DNA of 64,000 nt from an uncultured Actinomycetes bacterium (GCA_963782705.1 CAWAKX010000014.1:10201-74200); one strand, 5' to 3'; positions 1-10,871 are shown, numbered from the stretch's first letter. Numbers and translations: made by a program. Notes: generated from the letters alone by a model not told the origin.

Positions 1-163
1 CGCCGAGCGGGGTGTTCTGATGGGGGCAGATGCTCTGGAACGCGCACCAGTTGCCGTCGGCGTTGGCGAGCGTGACCGGCGTGCCGTCGACGTCGACGGT
101 CATGGTCTCGCCGGGCTCGAGGTAGTCGGCGGGCAGCGCGTCGACGAAGGTGTCCTCACTCAT
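1..163 (-). CDS. Rieske [2Fe-2S] ferredoxin, N-terminal part; the gene runs off the left edge of the window
   Basis: Reverse-strand translation from the ATG (complement of 161-163) gives MSEDTFVDALPADYLEPGETMTVDVDGTPVTLANADGNWCAFQSICPHQNTPLG. This contains the first Rieske box (C-P-H). It is absent from the ORF track because it is truncated by the window edge. Confidence 0.7.
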   Translation of the reverse strand, partial: MSEDTFVDALPADYLEPGETMTVDVDGTPVTLANADGNWCAFQSICPHQNTPLG

Positions 164-207
164 GCGGTGATGGTACGCGTCGACTGTCGCCGCGAGGTGC
201 TGTCGGG

Positions 208-1034
208 TCACTCGCCGAGACGTTCCCGCACGGCCGGTCGGTCGACCAGCGCCGAGACGCCGGCGCCGCCCGGGTGCCCGAGGCCGATGCCGCCGTCGAC
301 CACGAGCGTGTGGCCGGTGGTGTAGCTCGCGAGGTCCGACAGCAGGAACAGCACCGCGGCCGCGACCTCCTCGGCGTCGCCCCGTCGGCGGAGCGGGATG
401 GCGGCCGCGGCCTCGGCCCGGTCCGCGGCACCCGTCCGCGGCGTGCGTACCGACCCCAGCGACACCACGTTCACGCGGATGCCGTCGGGTCCCCATTCGA
501 GCGCCATGGTGCGGCTGAACGCCTCGAGCCCCGACTTGGCCGCGGCGTAGGCGCCGAGGAGCGGCGTGCCTCGCGAGGCGCCCGACGAGACGTTGACGAT
601 GCTGCCGCTGAGCCCCGCGTCGAGCAGCGGGCGCGCGACCTCGCGACACGCGACGACCGCGTAGCGCAGGTTGCGGGCGACCACTCGATCGAACGCGGCC
701 ATGTCGTACTGCGCGGCGCGGTGGTAGTCGTCGTCGGTGTTGCCGCCGACCACGTTCACGAGGTGACGGATCGGCCCGACCGCGGCGGCGACGCGCGTGG
801 ATCGCGTCAGACGAGCGCGGCTTCGTCGGTGGCATCGGCCACGACGGCGACACATTCGGCGCCCGCGGCCTGCGCCCGGGCCACGGCGTCGTCCGCGTGA
901 TCCCGCAGGTTGGTGACCACCGCGAGGCGGCCACCCGCGGCCACCACGGCATCGGCCACCGCGGTGCCGATCCCTCCTCCGGCGCCGCCCACCACCAGGC
1001 ACGCGCGTCCTTCGAGATCGATCGTCAGGTCCAT
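208..1034 (-). pseudogene. Short-chain dehydrogenase/reductase (SDR), frame-disrupted
   Basis: The N-terminus is in ORF 807-1034 (LVVGGAGGGIGTAVA Rossmann motif). The remainder is in ORF 208-1002 in another frame (NVSSGAS, YAAAKSG, TLVVDGG). The junction is near 790-815 and may involve two shifts. Confidence 0.75.
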
Positions 1035-1109
1035 GGCCCCGTCCTAGCGCAGATCCGACCGGCGCCGCCTACGCTCGTCGCGTCACGAACGCCGAACACA
1101 GGGGGACCC

Positions 1110-2300
1110 GTGGGCGTCACCACTCCGACCGACCTGGTCTACGACCCGTACGACCGCGAGACCGTCCGCCATCCCTATCCGCTGTTCCAGCGCCTGCGCG
1201 ACGAGGCGCCGTTGTACTGGAACGAGGAGCACGAGTTCTTCGCGGTGAGCCGGTTCGACGACGTCGAACGCGCGCACGTCGACCGCGCCACGTACATCTC
1301 CAGCCGCGGCGTCACCTTGGGCATGCTGAAGTCGGGCTTCGAGATCCCGCCCGGCACGGTGATCTTCGAGGACCCGCCCACCCACACGATCCACCGCAAG
1401 CTGCTGTCGCGCATGTTCACCCCCCGGAGCATCGCGGAGCTCGAACCGCAGATCCGTCAACTCTGCGGCGAGTTCATGGACCCGCTGGTCGGCGCGGGCG
1501 GCTTCGACTGGATCGGCGACTTCGGGCGCGACATCCCCAGCATGGTCGTCGGGATGCTCATCGGGATCCCCGAGAGCGACATGGCCGCGATCCGCCAGCA
1601 CTTCGAACGCGGTCGCGAGGCGGAGGGCCAGGAGTACGGCGGCGCCTCCCTCGACGGAGCGATCTTCTCGGACTACATCGACTGGCGCATCGAGCACCCG
1701 TCGGATGACATCATGACCCAGCTCCTCTACGCGGAGTTCGAGGGCGTCGACGGCGAGATGCGCAAGCTCACTCGCGAGGAGCTGCTCGCCTACGTGAACC
1801 TCATCGCCGCCGCGGGCAACGACACCACGCGCCTGCTCGTCGGCTGGACCGGCAGGCTGCTCTCCGACCATCCCGACCAGCGTCGTCTGCTGGTCGAGGA
1901 CCCCACGCGGATCCCGGGCGCGATCGAGGAGATCCTGCGCTACGAGTCCCCGGCGCTGGTGTCGTGTCGGTATGTGGCACGCGACGTCGAGGTGCGCGGC
2001 GAGGTCGTCCCCGAGGGCGCCATCATGATGATGGTGCTCGCGTCGGCGAACCACGACGAACGGGTGTGGGACGATCCCGACCGCTTCGACGTGCTGCGTC
2101 AGCCCGGGCAGCACTTCACGTTCGGGTTCGGCGCCCACTACTGCCTTGGGCAGGCGCTCGCCCGGCTGCAGGGCCGGGTCGTGCTCGAAGAGGTGCTTCG
2201 ACGGTGGCCGGAGTGGGAGCTCGACGAGGACGGTGCCGAGTTCCTCCAGATGGACACCGAGCTGCGCGGGTGGTCGGCGCTGCCCTGCTCGGTCGGTTGA
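1110..2300 (+). CDS. Cytochrome P450 monooxygenase
   Basis: The start is a GTG at 1110 after a GGGGGA ribosome-binding site, inside ORF 897-2300. It has the EEILRYESP (ExxR) motif and the haem loop FGFGAHYCLGQALAR. The reading frame is intact. Confidence 0.9.
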   Translation: MGVTTPTDLVYDPYDRETVRHPYPLFQRLRDEAPLYWNEEHEFFAVSRFDDVERAHVDRATYISSRGVTLGMLKSGFEIPPGTVIFEDPPTHTIHRKLLSRMFTPRSIAELEPQIRQLCGEFMDPLVGAGGFDWIGDFGRDIPSMVVGMLIGIPESDMAAIRQHFERGREAEGQEYGGASLDGAIFSDYIDWRIEHPSDDIMTQLLYAEFEGVDGEMRKLTREELLAYVNLIAAAGNDTTRLLVGWTGRLLSDHPDQRRLLVEDPTRIPGAIEEILRYESPALVSCRYVARDVEVRGEVVPEGAIMMMVLASANHDERVWDDPDRFDVLRQPGQHFTFGFGAHYCLGQALARLQGRVVLEEVLRRWPEWELDEDGAEFLQMDTELRGWSALPCSVG

Positions 2301-2318
2301 CTCGGCGACCGCGCTGAC

Positions 2319-3488
2319 GTGACCGGTCCGCTCCAGGGAATCCGAGTCCTCGAGCTCGGCGGCATCGGGCCCGTGCCCTTCGCGGGGATGATGCTGGCCG
2401 ACATGGGCGCCGAGGTGGTGCGCGTCCACCGGATCGACGCGGTCGAACGCGGCGTCGACCCGTTCGCGTCACCGGTGATGGACCGCGCCCGCCGCTCGGT
2501 CGGCCTCGACCTCAAGGCTCCCGCCGGCGTCGACTGCGCGCGGCGCCTGGCGTCGGCCTCCGACGTGGTGCTCGAGGGCTTCCGCCCCGGCGTGGTCGAG
2601 CGCATGGGATTGGGGCCCGACGAGTGTCTGGCCCGCAACCCGAAGGTCGTCTACGGCCGCATGACCGGGTGGGGCCAGGACGGCCCGCTCGCGCAGACGG
2701 CCGGCCACGACATCGACTACATCGCGGTGGCCGGCGTGCTCGCCCACATCGGACGGCGTGACGCGCCGCCCACGCCGCCGCTGAACCTGATCGGCGACTT
2801 CGGCGGGGGCGGCATGCTGCTCGCGTTCGGCGTGATGTGCGCGCTCTTCGAAGCGCAACGTTCGGGTGAGGGTCAGGTGGTCGACGCGGCGATGGTCGAC
2901 GGCGCCGCGTTGCTGATGGCCATGATCTGGGGGCACAAGGCGCTCGGGCGGTGGACCGACGAACGCGGCGCGAACATCTACGACTCCGGTGCGCCCGACT
3001 ACGACGTGTACGAGACGGCCGACGGCGAGTACGTGGCGTTCGGCGGCGCCGAACCCAAGTTCTTCGCGGAGCTGCTCAGCCGGCTCGGTCTCGACGCCGG
3101 GTCGCTCCCGGAGCAGTCCGACCGCGATGGCTGGCCCGTGCTCCACGACGCGATCGCCGCGGTGATCGCGACGCGCACCCGCGACGAGTGGTGCGAGGAG
3201 CTCGACGGCGCCGAGGTGTGCTTCGCGCCGGTGCTCCGCATGGACGAAGCGGTCCACCATCCGCACATCGCGGCTCGGGGAACGCTGGTCGAGCATCACG
3301 GCCTGGTGCAGCCGGCTCCCGCGCCGCGTCTCTCGCGTACGCCGGGCGCGCTCGGTGCGCCGATGCCCCGGCCCGGCGCCGACACCGACGCCGTGCTCGG
3401 GGAGTGGGGCTTCACGCCCGCGGACATCGCGGGGTTGCACGCGCCGGCGCGGCGGGCGATCGCCGGGCGCGACGACGCCCGGCCGTAG
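2319..3488 (+). CDS. Family III CoA-transferase (CaiB/BaiF), alpha-methylacyl-CoA racemase-like
   Basis: The protein contains LQGIRVLELGGIGPVPFAGMMLADMGAEVVRV, AGHDIDYIAV and NLIGDFGGGGM, which correspond to the racemase-type His and Asp positions. The reading frame is intact. Confidence 0.85.
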   Translation: MTGPLQGIRVLELGGIGPVPFAGMMLADMGAEVVRVHRIDAVERGVDPFASPVMDRARRSVGLDLKAPAGVDCARRLASASDVVLEGFRPGVVERMGLGPDECLARNPKVVYGRMTGWGQDGPLAQTAGHDIDYIAVAGVLAHIGRRDAPPTPPLNLIGDFGGGGMLLAFGVMCALFEAQRSGEGQVVDAAMVDGAALLMAMIWGHKALGRWTDERGANIYDSGAPDYDVYETADGEYVAFGGAEPKFFAELLSRLGLDAGSLPEQSDRDGWPVLHDAIAAVIATRTRDEWCEELDGAEVCFAPVLRMDEAVHHPHIAARGTLVEHHGLVQPAPAPRLSRTPGALGAPMPRPGADTDAVLGEWGFTPADIAGLHAPARRAIAGRDDARP

Positions 3489-3505
3489 GCCCGGCCGGGC
3501 GTCGT
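3472..3505. terminator. GC-rich hairpin between convergent genes
   Basis: The arm ACGACGCCCGGCC (3472-3484) is perfectly complementary to GGCCGGGCGTCGT (3493-3505), with an 8-nt loop. The hairpin spans the TAG stop of the upstream gene. There is no U-tract. Confidence 0.4.
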
Positions 3506-3529
3506 GACGAACCGACGATCGGGTTCGGG

Positions 3530-4773
3530 TTACGCGTCGGCGTACTTGCCGACCTTGAGCGCCCGGGCGATGGTGCCGCCCATGATGAGCTCCTGGTCCT
3601 CCGCCGACAGCCCCGCGAGCACGTCGGCGTAGCCGAGCGGGTCGCCGAGGCCCTCGGGGTGGGGGAAGTCGGAACCGAACATCATCCGGTCGGCCGGGAC
3701 GCCGAGCTCGATCAGGCCCTTGGGGTCGGGCTCGTGGAAGATGTGCACCCACACGTTGCGCCTGAACACCTCCATCGGGTCCTCGTCGAAGAGCATCGGC
3801 GCCGCGCTCGTAGGCCTCCTGCATGCGCTCGACGAAGTTCCAGACCCACGTGGCCCGGTACTCGACCGGCATGAACTTGAGCTTGGGGAACCGGGTGGCG
3901 AGACCGTGCCCGATGATCGACGCCATCGCGTCGTAGATCGGGAGCTTGTCGGAGGCCATCGCCCGGAACGCGCCGTGGTCGCCGGCCGAGAACGGGGTGA
4001 ACTCGCGCGTGGTGCCTTCCCACTCGTTGAGGTAGCGCTGGTAGCCCGGGTCGCCGGAGTGCATGCCGACCACGAGGTCGAGCTCCTGGACCCGCTCCCA
4101 GAACGGGTCCCACTCCTGGCAGCGCGAACGACTTGCGCCCCTGCCACGTGGGCACGGGGGCGACGCGGATCAGGAAGATCTTGGCGCCGCGCTCGGCGAT
4201 GTAGTCGAGCTCCCGGATGGCGACGTCGTTGCCGGCCGCGAGGCTGATGATCGGGGTGGCGTAGATCGCGTCGGAGTAGTTGTAGGTCCAGTGCTCGTGC
4301 ATCCACTCGTTGAGCGCGTGGACGATCGTGACCGCGAGGTCGGGGTCGTCGGCGACCCGCTCCTCGAGCACGCTGGCGAGCGTGGGCCACAGCAGCGTGC
4401 GGTCGATCCCCATGTCCTTCATGAGCACGAGGCGCGGCTCGGGGTCGAAGAAGGCGTCGACGCTCGGCATGGCCTTGGGCTTCACGCCGCTGCCCGCGCC
4501 CGTGGCGCTCTCGCCGCGGTTCTCGACGTTCGCGCCGAAGCTGCCCGGCACCGCGACCCGCTCGAACGTGGGGTTCGGGATGTAGTTGCTGATGTTGTCG
4601 CGCACCGCGAGCTTGGTGCGGCCCTCGACGTCGATGTACTTGATGACGCCCTTGTACTGCTTGGGCAGGAACTTGGTGAGGGCGTCGCGGTTCTCGTACA
4701 GGTGGTTGTCGGCGTCGAACGTCTCGTAGGGAAGTCGGCGCTCACGGACGTAGATGAAGTCCTGGTCGGCCAT
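3530..4773 (-). pseudogene. PF04909-type amidohydrolase (ACMSD/LigW-like metal hydrolase), two frame changes
   Basis: The N-terminal segment is MADQDFIYVRERRLPYETFDADNHLYE...VPTWQGRKSFALP (ORF 3712-5025). The middle segment is EWDPFWERVQELDLVVGMHSGDPGYQRY...VERMQEAYE (ORF 2469-4073). The C-terminal segment is APMLFDEDPMEV...MFGSDFPHPEG...KVGKYADA (ORF 3530-4390). The junctions are near 4115 and 3808. Confidence 0.8.
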
Positions 4774-4973
4774 GTGCGATGCTCCTCGTGCAGGCGTGCT
4801 GAAAGTTCGCTGGCGCAAGATCCGGGGCCAGGGTGCCAGAGCCCCCGCCCGGTGTCCACCCGTGAGCGTAGCGAGTTCGCGCCCGATTCCGGCATGGCGG
4901 AGTGCCTCTGCGCCCGGCCCTGTCCGCCGTCGGACTCGACAGTCCGGCGGGGGTCGCCGGTAGTCTCCGCTCC

Positions 4974-6184
4974 ATGATCGAACCTGGGGGGGATCTCGAG
5001 GATCTCCGGATGGCGGTGCGCGCATGGTGCGCCGAGAACGTGCCGGGCGACTGGCGCCAGACCCTGCGGGGCGCCGACGAGGTCACGGTCAACGGTTGGC
5101 TCCGGGGATGGACCCGCACGCTGCAGGAGGGCGGCCTGATCGCCCCGCACCTGCCTCGGGAGTGGGGCGGTGGGTTCTCGATCCACGAGCAGGTCGTGAT
5201 CTCCGAGGAGATGGCCCGCGGCGACGCGCCCCGCAACGGCCTCTACTACGTGGCGCTCTACAACGTCACGCCCACGCTGCTCCACAACGCCACCCCCGAG
5301 CAGATCGACCGCTGGGTCGGCGGCATCATGCGCGACGGCGACGTCTGGTGCCAGGGATTCTCCGAGCCCGACTCCGGCTCCGACCTCGCCAGCCTGCAGA
5401 CACGCGCCGTGCGCGACGGCGACCACTACGTCATCAACGGCCAGAAGGTCTGGACCAGCCGGGCCAACCACGCCGACCGGTGCATGATCCTCGTGCGCAC
5501 CGACCCGGAGGCGTCCAAGCACAAGGGCATCTCCTGCCTGGTCATGGACATGGACACGCCCGGGATCGACGCGCGCCCCATCCGGCAGGCCACCGGCGTC
5601 GCGGGGTTCTGCGAGCTCTTCCTCGACGACGTCGTCGTCCCCGCCGAGAACCTGGTGGGCGCCGAGAACAACGGCTGGGCCGTCGCGCAGGGCACCCTCG
5701 CGGCCGAGCGGGCGATCGCGATCCTCGACCTCACCGAGCGCATGCGCCGCAACGGCATCGAGGCCGCGCTGCGTGACGCGGCGGGCTGGGTGCTCGACGA
5801 CGGCACGCCGGCGCTCGACGACCCCTCGGTGCGCGACCACTTCGCGGCGAGCGCGGCGGAGGTGGCCGCACTGCGGGCGTTGCTCAACGCGCTCATCGAG
5901 AACGTGATCAAGGGCGTCGACGTCGGTGGGACGTCGTCGATCATCAAGGTCTTCTACACCGAGGTCCTCGAGCGGTTCATGCGCGGCCTCACCGAGATCC
6001 GCGGCCTCGCGGGCCAGGAGGCCGAGCCCCTGCTCGACATCGCCGGCTGGGAGTCGGGCTACTGGATGATCGACTACATCGGCGCCACGGGCTGGCACAC
6101 CGGCGGTGGCACGAGCGAGATCATGCGCAACGTGATCGCCGAGCGCTCGCTCGGACTTCCGCGCGAGGAGAGAGATGGCGCTGA
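4974..6184 (+). pseudogene. Acyl-CoA dehydrogenase, alpha-type partner of a two-gene pair; 3' end unresolved
   Basis: The ATG is at 4974. The protein contains WCQGFSEPDSGSDLASL, VINGQKVWTS and GGGTSEIMRNVIAERSLGLPRE. After LGLPREE the frame has no stop until 7337. A stop is available at 6182-6184 only after a one-nucleotide shift in the GAGGAGAGAGA stretch. Confidence 0.6.
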
Positions 6185-7333
6185 CCGACCAGGAACGCAA
6201 CGACCTGCGCGACACCGCGCGCTCACTGCTCGCACGCGAGTCGTCGTCGGAGCGGGTGCGCTCGGCGATCGCATCCGAGCACGGGTTCGACCGTGCGCTG
6301 TGGGACCAGATGATCGAGCTGGGCTGGACGAGCGTCCACGTGCCCGAGCGCCTCGACGGCGGCGGCGCCGGCTACGGCGACCTCGCCGTGCTGCTGCACG
6401 AGCTCGGCCGCGCGATCACCCCGTCGCCCTTCCTCGCCAGCGCGGTGCTCGCCACGGGCGCGTTCCTGCTCGCCGGGAACGACGCGCTCGCCGACGAGGT
6501 GCTCCGCGCGCTCGTGTGGGGCGAGAAGCTGGGCACGGTCGCGTTCGCGAGTGCCGACGGCTCCTACGACGCCGCCCGCGCCACGATGGGCTGGCGCCCG
6601 GCCGACGGCGGCGTGGAGCTGAGCGGCGCGGCCGGCTTCGTGCTGGCCGCCGACGTCGCCGACGTGCTGGTGGTCGCGGCCCGGGCCGACGACGGCCGCG
6701 CGCTGCTCGCGGCCGTCGACGCCACGGCCGACGGCGTCACCATCCACGACACCCCGCTCGTCGACGCCACCCGGCGCGCCTCGCGGGTCGAGCTGAGCGG
6801 CGTGAAGGTCGCCGACGACCGGCTGCTCACCGAGCCGGGCGACGCGGCCGACGAGATCATCGGTCGTCTCGTCGCCCTCGGCGCGGTCGCCGCCGCCTGC
6901 GACGCCGCCGGCGCGGCCGACGAGATGCTCGACCGTTCCGTCGAGTACGCGAAGCAGCGGATGCAGTTCGGCAAGCCCATCGGGTCGTTCCAGGCGGTGA
7001 AGCACCACTGCGCCAACATGTCGATCGTGGTCGAGACGACCCGCGCCGCCAGCCAGGGCGCGGCCGCGGCCCTCGACACCGAGGACGCCGACGGGTGGAC
7101 GCGCCACGGCGACCTCGTGGCGTCGTTCGTCGGCCCCCAGTGCCGCACCGCGTGCGCGCTCGCCGATGCGCGTGCACGGCGGCATCGGGTTCACCTGGGA
7201 GCACGACGCGCACCTCTACACCAAGCGCGCCACGCTCGACGAGCTGCTGTTCGGCACGGCGAAATGGCATCGCCGGCGCATCACCGATGATCTCGTCCGC
7301 GACCTCGGACTGGAAGAAGCGAGCACACGATGA
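6175..7333 (+). pseudogene. Acyl-CoA dehydrogenase, beta-type partner, frame change near the 3' end
   Basis: ORF 6175-7290 reads MALTDQERNDLRDTARSLLA...QFGKPIGSFQAVKHHCANM. The conserved end VHGGIGFTWEHDAHLYTKRATLDELLFG...EEASTR is in another frame from 7172 to the TGA at 7331-7333. The junction is near 7165. Confidence 0.75.
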
Positions 7334-8565
7334 GTGACGACAAGGCCACCTTCACCGGCAAGAAGCCGCGCGAGCTCAACGAGGAGACGATCGAGCTGGT
7401 GCGCCGGCGCATCGGCATCCCGATCAGCTTCTCGCCGCGTCAGCACAACGAGTACTCGTCGGTCGACTCCTTCCGGCACTTCGCGCTCGGGTGCGGCGAC
7501 GACAACCCGCTCTACACCGACCGCGACTACGCCGAGGCGTCGCCGTGGGGCGCGCCGATCGCGCCGCCCCTCTACGCGTACAGCGCGGGGATCCGTCGCC
7601 CGTTCGAGCTCACCGACGCCGAGAAGGCCGAGCTCAAGGGCGGTGACCCGCTCGCCGGCATCGGCCAGTACATGTGCGGCGAGCGCTGGATCTTCCCGAA
7701 GCCGATCCGCGAAGGCGACGTGCTCTGGCTCACCCAGAGCCTGTTCTCCGCCGAGCTCAAGAAGAGCACCTTCGGCGCGGGTTCGGGCGCGCTGGTGTCG
7801 CACCGGGTCGCGTGGGAGGACGAGGGCGGCAGCCCGTCCGCCTACCGGTTCCTCGACTACTGGCACGCCGACCGCGAGAAGTCGGCGAAGGCCGGCACCA
7901 ACAAGCAGCTCGAGCAGGCCTCCTTCACCGAGGAGGACGTCGAGCGCATCGAGGCCTGTTACGCGGCCGAGACGATCCGGGGCGCCACGCCGCGCTACGT
8001 CGACGAGGTGCAGGTCGGCGAGGAGCTCGGACCGATCGTGAAGGGCCCGCTCCTCGGCACCGAGATCCTGGCCTGGCACGTCGGCACGGGATGGGGCTTC
8101 TTCGGTGGCGGCGCGTCGCGCGTCGCCTACAAGAACCGCCAGCGGGTGCCGAAGTTCTACACGAAGAACGAGTTCGGGTTCCCCGACACCGCGCAGCGCT
8201 GCCACTGGGAAGACGAATGGGCGCAGCGCATGGGTCACCTCGCGGCCTACGACTACGGCATCATGCGCTCCACGTGGATGGGCAACCTCGTCACCAACTG
8301 GATGGGTGACGGCGCCTGGTTGTGGAAGTTCTCCACGTCGATCCGCAAGTTCAACTACCGCGGCGACGTGCACTTCGTCTCCGGCGTCGTGCGCGAGATC
8401 GACCGCGCCACGAACGCGGTCACCATCGACCTCTGGGGCGAGAACCAGCGCGGCACCCGCTCGTGTGAAGCGCGCGCCGTGGTCATCCTCCCGACGCGCG
8501 ATGGCGCCACGGCGGAGATCCCGGCCTTCGACCCCGACGACATCCCCGAAGCCCAGGCCCCGTGA
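7330..8565 (+). CDS. Double hot-dog (MaoC N-terminal plus MaoC-like) enoyl-CoA hydratase/dehydratase
   Basis: The protein contains FRHFALGCGDDNPLYTDRDYAEASPWGAPIAPPLY, a second hot-dog half and YRGDVHFVSGVVREID. Its ATG overlaps the upstream stop (ATGA). The reading frame is intact. Confidence 0.8.
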   Translation: MSDDKATFTGKKPRELNEETIELVRRRIGIPISFSPRQHNEYSSVDSFRHFALGCGDDNPLYTDRDYAEASPWGAPIAPPLYAYSAGIRRPFELTDAEKAELKGGDPLAGIGQYMCGERWIFPKPIREGDVLWLTQSLFSAELKKSTFGAGSGALVSHRVAWEDEGGSPSAYRFLDYWHADREKSAKAGTNKQLEQASFTEEDVERIEACYAAETIRGATPRYVDEVQVGEELGPIVKGPLLGTEILAWHVGTGWGFFGGGASRVAYKNRQRVPKFYTKNEFGFPDTAQRCHWEDEWAQRMGHLAAYDYGIMRSTWMGNLVTNWMGDGAWLWKFSTSIRKFNYRGDVHFVSGVVREIDRATNAVTIDLWGENQRGTRSCEARAVVILPTRDGATAEIPAFDPDDIPEAQAP

Positions 8566-10871
8566 GCGAGGCCGCCGCGACCGGGACCGCTGCCACTGGG
8601 GCGGCCCGGCATCGAGCGGACTTCCTGCGAGGGCCTGCGGGTCCTCGAGCTCGGCGACGGGGTGGCCGGTGCGGCGGCGACCGCCATCCTCTGGGGGCTC
8701 GGCGCCGACGTGACCACCGTGGTCGACGCGCACAGCGTGCACCGGCGCGGGCGGCCTGCGGTCGACACCGACGACGGGCCGGTCAGCCTGCTCGCGGTCG
8801 AGCTCGACCGCGGCAAGCGACGCGTGCCCCTCGCCGACTGCGGCGACCTCGCCGCGCTCGAGGCCGCAGCTCGCCGAGGGGGCCTACGACCTCGTCGTCG
8901 CCGACCGGGTGGGCGGCGCGACCGGCCCCTCGGCCGCACTCGTCACCGCCGACGACCACGGCGCCTGGGTCGCCGGCCAGCGCCGCCCCGTGGGTGACCA
9001 TCAGCGCCTTCGGGCTCACCGGTCCGCGCCGCGACGACGTCGCGACCGAGCTCACGTTGGGCGCCGCTGCCGGTCTGGTGGCGTCGGTGCGCGATCCGCG
9101 CACCGGCGCGCCCATGAAGCTCGGCGGGGTCCAGTCGCTGTTCAACTCCGGCCAGGTGGCCGCGCTGGCGTGCTGTCAGGCCCTCGACCTCGCGGCCGAC
9201 GGTCCCGTGCACCTCGACGTGTCGGCGCAGGAAGCCGCGGTCGCCACCGGCCCGGTGCTCGACCTCGTCGCGCTGTTCTTCCAGACCGGCACGCTCGGCG
9301 GCGCGCAGCGCTACGGCGCGCCCGCGAGCTTCTACGCGTGCACCGACGGACTGGTCCGCATCTCGGCGATGGAGGACCACCAGTGGCGCGGCGTGGTGGC
9401 CGCGATGGGCAACCCCGACTGGGCCGAGCGGTTCACCGCCGTCGAGTCGCGCATCGAGGGCGCGGCGGAGATCAACGACCAGGTCGCCGCCTGGGCCGCG
9501 ACCATGCCCAAGGAAGCGGCCGAGTCCACGCTGCAGGCCCACGGCGTCCCGGCCACCGCGATGTACTCGCCGGCCGAGCTGCTCGCGTCGCCGCAACTGC
9601 TCCACCGGGAGGCGTTCGACCCGTTGCCGCTCGCCGACGGTCGGGAGACCGTCGCGGTCGCGCCGCCGTTCCGCGTCGTGGCGGGCGGCAACCGCGATGC
9701 CGACGCGGGGGAGCGCCGGCGGCACGGGCTCCGGGGGCTGCGCGTCCTCGAAGCCGGCCACGTGCTCGCGGTGCCGCTCGCCGGCGCGCTCCTCGGCGCG
9801 CTGGGCGCGCGCGTCACCAAGCTCGAGGACCTGGGCCGCATCGACATGTACCGCCGCAACGGTCCCTACATCGACCGTGAGCCCGGCCTCGACCGCACCG
9901 CCTACTTCGCGTTCGCCAACCACTCGAAGACCAACGCCGTGCTGCGCGTCGAGGAGGAGCCCGACCGCCTCGTCGCGCTGCTCGACGACGCCGACGTGTT
10001 CCTCGAGAACCTCGGCGCCAAACGGGCGCGCACGCTGGGCGTCGCGGCGTCGGTCGCGCTCGACGCGCACCCGGGCGTGCTGGCGATCAGCTCCACCGGC
10101 TTCGGCCAGGACGGCCCCTACGCGTCGTACCGCGCCTACGCCTACAACATGCACGCCGCCGCGGCCCTCGGGTACCTCACCCGCAACGCCGACGGCGAGC
10201 CCGCCGACATCGACCTCGCGTGGGGCGACCTCGTGTCGGCCTACGCGGTGGCCACGATCGTCGCCGCGTGGGCGGTGGGCCCGGCGGGCAACCGCGGCGC
10301 GGGCCTCGACTACGCGATGGCGGACGCCATCGTGTCGCACTTCCCCGAGTTCCTCGCCGCGGCGAGCCTCGACCCCGCGAGCGACGCGTCGGTCGACCGG
10401 GCCAACGAGGTGTCGCCCTACGCGCCGAGCGGCGTCTACCCGGCGGGTGACGGCTGGGTGGCGCTCACCGTCGACGGCGACGTGCAGTTCGAGGCCCTGG
10501 CCACCGTGCTCGACGCGGCCCTCGACACGCCGTCGTTGCGCGCGCCGGAGTTCGCGACCGGCGAGTCGCGGTTCGGTCACCGGGGCGAGCTCGACGCGTT
10601 GATCGCCGCGGTCACCGCGGCGTGGGAGCCCGACGCGCTCGCCCGGGCGCTGCGCGCCGCCGGGGTCCCCGCGGAGCGGGTCGGCGCCGCGCCCGCGCTG
10701 ATCGCCGACGAGCACCTCGCCGCCCGGGGGTTCTTCCCCGAGGTGGAGCATCCGCTCTGGGGCCGGCGTCGCCTGATCGGTGTGCCGTGGCGGCCGTACG
10801 GCGCCGGCGCCGCCCCGCTCGGCCCGCCGCCCATGCTCTCCGGGATGAGTGAACCGGGCGCAGAGGCATAG
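8562..10871 (+). pseudogene. Fused tandem family III CoA-transferase (two CaiB/BaiF domains), N-terminal region frame-disrupted
   Basis: Domain 1 begins LRVLELGDGVAGAAATAILWGLGADVTTVV (ORF 8662 frame). It continues QLAEGAYDLVVADRVGGATG (ORF 8909 frame), then WVTISAFGLTGPRRDD onward (ORF 8562 frame). Domain 2 begins LRGLRVLEAGHVLAVPLAGALLGALGARVTKLED. The junctions are near 8630 (inferred), 8862 and 8988. Confidence 0.7.

Noticed and set aside
4902-7337. An 811-aa ORF spanning both acyl-CoA dehydrogenase genes.
   Set aside because: After LGLPREE the translation becomes an Arg/Ala/Gly/Pro-rich low-complexity read, out of frame with the second dehydrogenase. The second gene is clearly encoded in ORF 6175-7290 plus a third-frame tail.
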